From positions 30,001 through 62,000 of the forward strand of contig NC_006138.1 of the NCBI RefSeq assembly GCF_000025945.1: a DNA stretch of 32,000 bases, in the 5' to 3' direction. The translations under genes were made by a program, and so were the position numbers. The stretch's first letter is position 1. The number at the start of each line of letters is the position of its first letter. Origin of the DNA: Desulfotalea psychrophila LSv54 (GTDB lineage: Bacteria > Desulfobacterota > Desulfobulbia > Desulfobulbales > Desulfocapsaceae). The notes beneath the pieces are model-generated. The model worked only from the letters and a program-made list of their open reading frames with translations, did no database searches and was not told where the DNA came from. Positions 18,436 through 25,061 of the stretch are shown here, in pieces.

Positions 18436-20436
18436 CTACAGCGCCACCTTAACCAAAGCCTCGTTGACCTTGACCATCTCGGCATATTCGGGCATGAGCA
18501 CCTTTAATAAATCGCGGACCCGATCGCCATCAAAGGCCCGAGCCTCCTGTCTCAGCTCCATGACAATGGCAATGGCCTCGCTGTCGGTGAGGACCTTCTC
18601 TCCGGCCAGGACCATGATCTTGTCATGGCCGGTCTCGACAATGCCCTCGCCTTCGGTGATAAGCTCTTCATAGAGTTTTTCCCCTTCACGCAGACCACTG
18701 TACTCTATTTTTATATCCTGGTCCGGCACTAAACCTGCGAGGGCGATAAGGTTACGGGCAAGATCGGCGATAAGCACCGGTTTACCCATCTTGAGGAGAA
18801 ATATCTCCCCACCTTCGCCCATGGAAGCAGCCTGAAGGATGAGCTGGGCGGCCTCTTCAATGGACATGAAGTAACGGGTAATCTTAGGGTGAGTTACCGT
18901 AACGGGTCCACCGCGCTGGATCTGGCGGGTAAAGAGGGGAATGACCGAGCCGGAAGAGCCGAGGACATTGCCAAAGCGTACCGCCATAAAGATGGTATTA
19001 TGCTCTATCGACCTATCCTTTATAATCCTCTGCCAGATCGGGGAAAGATTTCCCTGCCAGTTCCTTTTCCGGTAGGCGGACATGAGGAGCTCTGTCATCC
19101 GTTTGGAGGCACCCATGACATTGGTGGGGCGCACAGCCTTATCGGTGGAAACCACCACAAAACGTTCTACCCCGTAGACGATGGCAGCCTCCATCAGGAG
19201 TTGGCTAGAGACAATATTATTGTCCACCGCCTGCCAGGCGTTATTTTCCACCAGGGGTACATGTTTATAGGCGGCTGCATGGAAGATCACCTGAGGCTTA
19301 TGCTGCTCAAAAACATTGATCAGCAGCTTATGGTCCTGGACCTTACCGAGAACGGGCACAATATTATCCAGATCATACTCGTGCAGGAGTTCCATCTGAA
19401 TATTATAGAGGTTCTCTTCACAGGCTTCAAAGATGATGATCTTGGCCGGGGCAAAGGTAGTTACCTGACGGACAAGTTCGGAGCCAATGGAGCCACCTCC
19501 ACCGGTGATGAGGATGTTTTTCCCGGCCAGACAGGAGCCGATCTCGTCTGTTTCCAGCTTTATCTCGGCCCGGCCCAGTAGATCCCGATAGGAGATATCA
19601 CGAATATCAGAGAGATTGGCATGGCCATCAATAATTTCGCCAAAGCTGGGGATAATCTTATAGGGCAGGCCTGTTTTCTGGCAGAGAGAGGCTATCCGTT
19701 GCATCTCCTCGCCAGTCAGCGATGCGATGGCAATGAGGAGCTCCTCAGCCTTGGTCTGCTGAGCACACTCGCCCACAAAGTCCACTCCACCCCAGATGGG
19801 GATGTTGTGAATACGCAGACCCCGCTTAGAGGGATCATCATCTACAAAGCCAACGATATCATAGCAGAGCTTGCTGTTTTCTCTGATCTCCCGCACCGTC
19901 TTCTCGGCAGCACTGCCGGCCCCAACAATGAGGAGCTTTTTACAGCTGTTGAAATAGGCCCTGCGACCAGTTTTATCCACCACATGGCGCAGGATAAAAC
20001 GAATACCCACCCGGACCCCACAGACAAGGAGAAAGGTGAGGATGGCATCAAGGACCAGAACACTTCGGGAAAACTGCATGCTGGTATCGAGGAGGAAGAG
20101 GATACCGACAATAGTCAGTGAAGAGGTAAGGACGGCCTTGATGATATTAAGCAGGTCCCTAAAGCTGGTATAGCGCCACATGCCACTGTAGAGGCCAAAG
20201 GCATAAAAGATTGGCAGGCGAACGAGGAAAATAAAGGGGATAAATACCAAAAAATGAGAGACATCTCCCGGCTGTTGCTGAAAGTCAAAGCGGATAAGAT
20301 GGGCCAGGAAGTGGGCCAGGACAATAGAGAGACAATCGGCAAGGACCAGAAACCAGGCATTTCTCTGCGAGAAACGTCTCCTGAGGAGGAGGAACTGGTG
20401 ACGCAAAAAAACTGCTATGCCGAGAATCTTTTTCAT
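18436..20436 (-). CDS. Membrane-bound polysaccharide biosynthesis protein CapD/WbpM/PglF family (UDP-GlcNAc 4,6-dehydratase)
   Basis: 666 aa from the ATG at 20436 (MKKILGIAVFL...). It has 4 N-terminal TM segments, then GKNILITGGGGSIGSEL and VVSTDKAVRPTNVMGASKR. The track ORF extension back to 20577 (MFSSSSVVN...) is a translated repeat unit and was discarded. Confidence 0.9.
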   Translation of the reverse strand: MKKILGIAVFLRHQFLLLRRRFSQRNAWFLVLADCLSIVLAHFLAHLIRFDFQQQPGDVSHFLVFIPFIFLVRLPIFYAFGLYSGMWRYTSFRDLLNIIKAVLTSSLTIVGILFLLDTSMQFSRSVLVLDAILTFLLVCGVRVGIRFILRHVVDKTGRRAYFNSCKKLLIVGAGSAAEKTVREIRENSKLCYDIVGFVDDDPSKRGLRIHNIPIWGGVDFVGECAQQTKAEELLIAIASLTGEEMQRIASLCQKTGLPYKIIPSFGEIIDGHANLSDIRDISYRDLLGRAEIKLETDEIGSCLAGKNILITGGGGSIGSELVRQVTTFAPAKIIIFEACEENLYNIQMELLHEYDLDNIVPVLGKVQDHKLLINVFEQHKPQVIFHAAAYKHVPLVENNAWQAVDNNIVSSQLLMEAAIVYGVERFVVVSTDKAVRPTNVMGASKRMTELLMSAYRKRNWQGNLSPIWQRIIKDRSIEHNTIFMAVRFGNVLGSSGSVIPLFTRQIQRGGPVTVTHPKITRYFMSIEEAAQLILQAASMGEGGEIFLLKMGKPVLIADLARNLIALAGLVPDQDIKIEYSGLREGEKLYEELITEGEGIVETGHDKIMVLAGEKVLTDSEAIAIVMELRQEARAFDGDRVRDLLKVLMPEYAEMVKVNEALVKVAL

Positions 20437-21226
20437 CCGATTTTTTTCCTTTACCTGCAGAAACACAAGAATATTATTAGATAGAACCTGCACTGTTATA
20501 GGGAAGATCGTTGGGGATTGCAAGAGGAAAAAAGCAAAAAAACAACTACAGTTAACCACAGAGGAAGAAGAGAACACGGAGAAGGACTTTTTTAATTAAA
20601 CTGCTTAAATAAAAACAACACCAACCAAAGGCAGAAAGAACAGCAGCAAGCGTAGCGACGTGGCGAGGACGGCTAACCACAGAGTAGGGGAGGACACTGA
20701 TCCCTTTTAGGTAAAGGACAGGGATTAAAAGTTAACCACTGCTTAAGAGAACACAGAGAAGGACTTTTTTAATTAAACTGCTTAAATAAAAACAACACCA
20801 ACCAAAGGCAGAAAAAGACAACTACAGTTAACCACTGCTTATGAGTACACTGATCTTTTTTAGGTAAAGGACAGGGACTAAAAGTTAACCACTGCTCTGG
20901 AGTACACTGATCCCTTTTAGGTTTAAAAGACCCTTATAGTTAGGTTTTCCCATTGCATCGATTGCAAGGCCTAAACTCACAACCAATGTTCCCAAAAGAA
21001 CTAGCCTTTTAAGCTTTACGCTTTTTAAATAATTTCCTCTGCGATCTCTGTGGTTAACAGTTTTTTTCTGCTTTTCTCGCTTTTAGGTCGTGGTTTTTTA
21101 CCCAAAAATCCTCTGTGTGCTCCGTGATCTCTGTGGTTAACTTCTTTTTTCTGCTTTTTCTCGCTGTTCCTCTCGCCTTTCGCCACTTCGCTGCTATCTT
21201 TTAGGCAGTGGTTGATGCAGTTGTCT
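20437..21226. repeat. Repeat-saturated intergenic region (5 forward units, conserved core, 3 reverse units)
   Basis: GTTAACCAC-type heads lie at 20551, 20672, 20731, 20827 and 20884. The core is at 20931-21010. GTGGTTAAC-type heads lie at 21050, 21133 and 21209 (the last degenerate, GTGGTTGAT). GC-rich companion units lie at 20641-20670 and 21172-21195. Confidence 0.85.
20635..21115. repeat. Palindromic module A, copy 1 (481 bp, carries an extra 153 bp)
   Basis: 20635-20743 is identical by eye to 22197-22305. 20897-21115 is about 95% identical to 22306-22524. The extra 20744-20896 is bounded by the 13-mer GTTAACCACTGCT (20731-20743 and 20884-20896). Confidence 0.8.
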
Positions 21227-21598
21227 TTACAAAACAAGACGTCGAACGCCATCCACCAAGCGAAGCACATTAAAATTGATCAATAATCCAGTATCTACCC
21301 CAGCAAGCTTCATATAGGTCAACACCTGAGCAGTATGAAGTGGCAATAAGGTATCAACCACCTTTAGTTCAACAATGAGTTCATCTGCGACAAGAAGATC
21401 AATACGATATCCCGCATCAATTTCAATATCCTTATACCGGATGGGCAATACAACCTGAGTACGCACAAAAATATTAAGACACTGCAATTCGTACAACAAA
21501 CAGCGTTCATAACTAGATTCGAGTAAACCCGGACCAAGCTGACGATGAACTTCTATAGCACAACCAATCACTGCACCTGTCAACTCTTTAGAATCCAT
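21227..21598 (-). CDS. GxxExxY-family protein (PD-(D/E)XK nuclease-like fold, PDDEXK_3 type)
   Basis: 123 aa from the ATG at 21598, which follows GAGGA. The sequence is MDSKELTGAVIGCAIEVHRQLGPGLLESSYERCLLYEL...IDLLVADELIVELKVVDTLLPLHTAQVLTYMKLAGVDTGLLINFN. The GPGLLESSY motif is the family-defining GxxExxY, and D-x(n)-E-L-K is a PD-(D/E)XK-like core. The track extension to 21679 is translated repeat. Confidence 0.85.
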   Translation of the reverse strand: MDSKELTGAVIGCAIEVHRQLGPGLLESSYERCLLYELQCLNIFVRTQVVLPIRYKDIEIDAGYRIDLLVADELIVELKVVDTLLPLHTAQVLTYMKLAGVDTGLLINFNVLRLVDGVRRLVL

Positions 21599-21702
21599 AA
21601 CATCCTCTATATTTTTGGTCCCAATAATTAAAAACAAAGAAAATTTAACCACAAAAAGAACAGCAAGGACAAAAAGCAAAAGTTAACCACTGCTCTGGAG
21701 AA

Positions 21703-22084
21703 CACAGAGAAGGACTTTTAATTAAAAAGCAGAAAACCTTAAAAATTTTAAACTACTAAGAAAAGACCCAGCCCCTCCATCAGTAGTTCACAAAAAATAA
21801 GGACAAAAAGAAAAAGTTAACCACAGAGGAGGAGGAGAACACTGATCTCTCTTTAATTAAAAAACCTAAAGCTGGAAAAAGAAGAGAATTTACGCACCTC
21901 ACTCCAGTAACACAGGAGTGTTCATCTTTTAGCTTTTTAGCAGTCGCCATTCCACTACGCTCCACTGCTGCTGTTCAGTAGTTCAGCTTTTTAAATAATT
22001 TCCTCTGTGATCTCGGTTGCAGTGGTTAGTCGCTGTTGCTTTAGCTTTTCACCAAAAATCTCTGTGTTCTTGGTGTCAGTGGTT
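21703..22084. repeat. 382-bp direct duplication, copy 1
   Basis: It aligns base for base with 22642-23023 at a constant offset of 939. I found only 3 mismatches, all in 22009-22019. Confidence 0.9.
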
Positions 22085-22196
22085 AACTTCTTTTTTCTGC
22101 TTTTTCTCGCTGTTCCTCTCGCTTTTAGGTCGTGGTTTTTTACAAAAAAAAATCTCTATATTTTTGGTTCCAGTGATTAAAAAAAGACAATAACAA

Positions 22197-22524
22197 AAAG
22201 AACAGCAGCAAGCGTAGCGACGTGGCGAGGACGGCTAACCACAGAGTAGGGGAGGACACTGATCCCTTTTAGGTAAAGGACAGGGATTAAAAGTTAACCA
22301 CTGCTCTGGAGTACACTGATCCCTTTTAGGTAAAAAGACCCTTATAGTTAGGTTTTCCCATTGCATCGATTGCAAGGCCTAAACTCACAACCAATGTTCC
22401 CAAAAGAACTAGCCTTTTGAGCTTTACGCTTTTTAAATAATTTCCTCTGTGCTCTCTGTGGTTAACAGTTTTTTTCAGCTTTTTCTCTCGCTTTTAGGTC
22501 GTGGTTTTTTACCCAAAAATCCTC
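22197..22524. repeat. Palindromic module A, copy 2 (328 bp)
   Basis: See copy 1. The left arm has two forward units (22234, 22293). The right arm has two reverse units (22458, 22541). Read as its reverse complement, the right arm aligns unit for unit with the left arm. Confidence 0.8.
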
Positions 22525-22641
22525 TGTGTTCTCGGTTCCAGTGGTTAGTCGCTGTGGCTTTTTAAATAATTCCCTCTGTGTACTTGGTTGCAGTGATTAA
22601 GTTGAAAAACAAATACTGCTTACCACAGAGGAAGAAGAGAG

Positions 22642-23023
22642 CACAGAGAAGGACTTTTAATTAAAAAGCAGAAAACCTTAAAAATTTTAAACTACTAAGA
22701 AAAGACCCAGCCCCTCCATCAGTAGTTCACAAAAAATAAGGACAAAAAGAAAAAGTTAACCACAGAGGAGGAGGAGAACACTGATCTCTCTTTAATTAAA
22801 AAACCTAAAGCTGGAAAAAGAAGAGAATTTACGCACCTCACTCCAGTAACACAGGAGTGTTCATCTTTTAGCTTTTTAGCAGTCGCCATTCCACTACGCT
22901 CCACTGCTGCTGTTCAGTAGTTCAGCTTTTTAAATAATTTCCTCTGTGTGCTCGGTTCCAGTGGTTAGTCGCTGTTGCTTTAGCTTTTCACCAAAAATCT
23001 CTGTGTTCTTGGTGTCAGTGGTT
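22642..23023. repeat. 382-bp direct duplication, copy 2
   Basis: See 21703-22084. Confidence 0.9.
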
Positions 23024-23096
23024 GGCGTCCTCACCACTCCGCCCTGCTCCGCTGCCGCCACTTCGCTACGCTTGCTGCTGCTTTTTAAATAATTTC

Positions 23097-23123
23097 CTCT
23101 GTGCTCTCTGTGCTCTCTGTGGT
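23097..23123. repeat. 9-nt tandem repeat, 3 units (CTCTGTGCT CTCTGTGCT CTCTGTGGT)
   Basis: Read directly from the sequence. It lies 16 nt from the stop codon of the 355-aa Wzz paralogue. The paralogous site at 25011-25046 has 4 units. Confidence 0.9.
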
Positions 23124-23138
23124 TGATGTGAGATTTTA

Positions 23139-24206
23139 TTACATTGCTTCTTTACGGCGCTGAAGGGCGGTGCGGAGAAGGGCGAGGACAATGGCCAGGA
23201 AGCCGGCAAAGAGGAGTGTGGCGGCAAGAATGAGGGCCTTTTTTGGTTTTATCTTTTCCCCCTCACCCAGAGGATGGGACAGGTACTGGAATCCTTTGAG
23301 ACCGGCAAGATCAGGACTAAAATTCTGCAGCTGTTGCAGACTCGACTGTAGTTGCGTCAAGCCATAGGCCAACCCAGCAGTAGCGGGCATAGAGGCTACT
23401 CCCGCATCCTGCCCCTTGCCAGCAGTTGAGTCCTTCATCGGCCCTACCTGATTCTGCAACTGGATCAAGCTTATCTGGTTTTCCACACTATCCCTATAGC
23501 CCTTGAGAATAATTTGCTGTCCCCCACTTACCTCTGTCACAACACGCTCGTTAACAAATTGCAAAAAGCCTTCAAGCTCACGGGCCAATTTCTCATCACC
23601 ACCACCCCTTAGGCTAATGCCGAGCACGGTGGGATTGGTAATGGATTGATTTTTCTTACCCTGAGGAGCCAAGACCGTAACGGAGAGAGCCCCTTTGAAT
23701 CTGCCTAATTCAGCCTGCAGGCCCTGCTCTGCGGAAAAGGTCTTACCTGTTTTTTTCTGGTAGGCCAACCACATATCACGGGATTTCAGGAGCTGATAGA
23801 CACGGTTAAAACGGTGCTGGGCTAAGAGAGGGTTACTGCCAACAGAGGGCGTGCGCAGAACAAAGGGAAGCTCCATATTGCCATCTTCACCAATCATTTC
23901 AGAGGGAACATTCTCTAGATTTTCCAATGTATCAATCTGCTGATAGAGGGCTGGCAAGAGGGGAGAGGAGACTGCTGAAGGAATCTCTATCTCGGCCGTC
24001 ACCTCATAGGTGGATGGCAGAGCGAGAAGAAGCACAAGGGCGAGGGCACCTATGACAGATACGGCTCCACCAATAAACCAGCGCTGCTGCCAGACATCGA
24101 CAAGCAGGGAGAGGAGGTCGATCTCATCGTCTCGATAATTACTTACCGACAGGGGACACAGGTTAGGTGCTTGGATACTTGAACCTACAGGCCTAGCTTC
24201 ACTCAT
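23139..24206 (-). CDS. wzz: Wzz-type polysaccharide co-polymerase (PCP-1, O-antigen chain-length determinant), paralogue a, 355 aa
   Basis: The start ATG at 24206 lies 5 nt after GGGGAGGA. The N-terminal DDEIDLLSLLVDVWQQRWFIGGAVSVIGALALVLLLAL gives the Wzz N-terminal motif plus TM1. The C-terminal KPKKALILAATLLFAGFLAIVLALLRTALQRR gives the KP-x-x-x-LI motif plus TM2. Confidence 0.8.
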   Translation of the reverse strand: MSEARPVGSSIQAPNLCPLSVSNYRDDEIDLLSLLVDVWQQRWFIGGAVSVIGALALVLLLALPSTYEVTAEIEIPSAVSSPLLPALYQQIDTLENLENVPSEMIGEDGNMELPFVLRTPSVGSNPLLAQHRFNRVYQLLKSRDMWLAYQKKTGKTFSAEQGLQAELGRFKGALSVTVLAPQGKKNQSITNPTVLGISLRGGGDEKLARELEGFLQFVNERVVTEVSGGQQIILKGYRDSVENQISLIQLQNQVGPMKDSTAGKGQDAGVASMPATAGLAYGLTQLQSSLQQLQNFSPDLAGLKGFQYLSHPLGEGEKIKPKKALILAATLLFAGFLAIVLALLRTALQRRKEAM

Positions 24207-25061
24207 TAAAATCCTCCCCAAGAAGTTCCGTACAGAAAAATAGCTTATCTCTTATGTGTATATCATTAACAGGGTGGAATACAAGAGAAAAAAAGACAAA
24301 GAACAGTTAACCACTGCTTAGGAGAACACTGATCTTTTTTAGGATAAAAGACAGGTACTAGATGCTAGCAGTGGAGCACCGCGGAATGGCGGATACTAGA
24401 AAAAGCTGACAAACAGCAGCGAGTAGCAGTGAGTGATAACGAGTGGCGTCAGCAGCGTAGCGGCGAACGAGTGGCGAGCGGAATGGCGAAAAAAGTTAAC
24501 CAGTGCTCAGGAGAACACTGATCTTTTTTAGGTAAAGGACAGGGACTAAAAGTTAACCACTGCTCTGGAGTACACTGATCCCTTTTAGGTAAAAAAAACC
24601 TTATAGTTAGGTTTTCCCATTGCATCGGTTGTAAGGCCTAAACTCACAACCAATGCTCCTAAACAAGTTAGGCTTTTGAGCTTTAGGCTTTTAAAATAAA
24701 TTTCCTCTGTGTCCTCGGTTCCAGTGGTTAACTGCTTTTCTCTTTTTTTTAATCTTTCAAGCAGTGGTAGTGGCAGTTTACAAAAAAAACCTCTGTGTTC
24801 TCATAAGCAGTGGTCAACTTCTTTTTTCTGCTTTTTCTCGCTGTTATTCTCGCTTTTAGGCAGTCGCCACTCCACTCTGCTTCGCTGCTGCTGTGGCAGT
24901 TTACCAAAAAACCTCTGTGAACTCGGTTCCAGTGGTTGGCGTCCTCACCACTCCGCCCTGCTCCGCTGCCGCCACTTCGCTACGCTTGCTGCTGCTTTTT
25001 AAATAATTTCCTCTGTGCTCTCTGTGCTCTCTGTGCTCTCTGTGGTTGATGTGAGATTTTA
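24207..25061. repeat. Repeat-saturated intergenic region including module A copy 3 (about 24495-24732)
   Basis: F heads lie at 24306, 24495 and 24552. A GC-rich companion array lies at 24367-24489. The core is at 24599-24680. R heads lie at 24724, 24810, 24932 and 25042. Confidence 0.85.
25011..25046. repeat. 9-nt tandem repeat, 4 units (CTCTGTGCT x3 + CTCTGTGGT)
   Basis: Read directly from the sequence. It lies 16 nt from the stop codon of the 434-aa Wzz paralogue. Confidence 0.9.

Larger units (their letters stand above)
21599..23138. repeat. 1.54-kb gene-free repeat region (three consecutive forward/reverse modules)
   Basis: Order of unit heads on the + strand:
- F at 21644 (degenerate), 21682, 21816
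- R at 22022, 22079, 22173
- F at 22234, 22293
- core at 22339-22418
- R at 22458, 22541, 22593
- F at 22618 (degenerate), 22755
- R at 22961, 23018, 23119. Confidence 0.85.

Noticed and set aside
14991-20121. Long antisense ORFs inside the nucleotide-sugar genes (for example 16250-17008 at 252 aa, 18889-19581 at 230 aa, 19621-20121 at 166 aa, 14991-15407)
   Set aside because: They are shadow ORFs opposite strongly supported, highly conserved minus-strand genes. No motifs are recognisable.
20976-20994. Sigma-54-like motif on the minus strand of the module core (TGGGAAC-ATTGG-TTGT)
   Set aside because: The spacing between the GG and the TTG element is one nt too long. The -12 element lacks the conserved GC. 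It is not convincing without experimental data.
21897-21940. CACTCC/GGAGTG hairpin followed by TCATCTTTTAGCTTTTT as a plus-strand intrinsic terminator (and its duplicate at about 22836-22879)
   Set aside because: The stem is only 6 bp with a 9-nt loop, and the T-run is interrupted. It is too weak to call.
21780-22904. Two identical 61-aa ORFs (21780-21965 and 22719-22904, MERSGMATAKKL...FSSSSVVN...)
   Set aside because: They are identical only because they lie in the 382-bp duplication. They start in the GC-rich companion repeat and end in a main repeat unit. The same MERSGMA opening appears on the opposite strand at 29797, and there are no recognisable protein features. They are probably not genes, although transcription of the block as RNA is not excluded.
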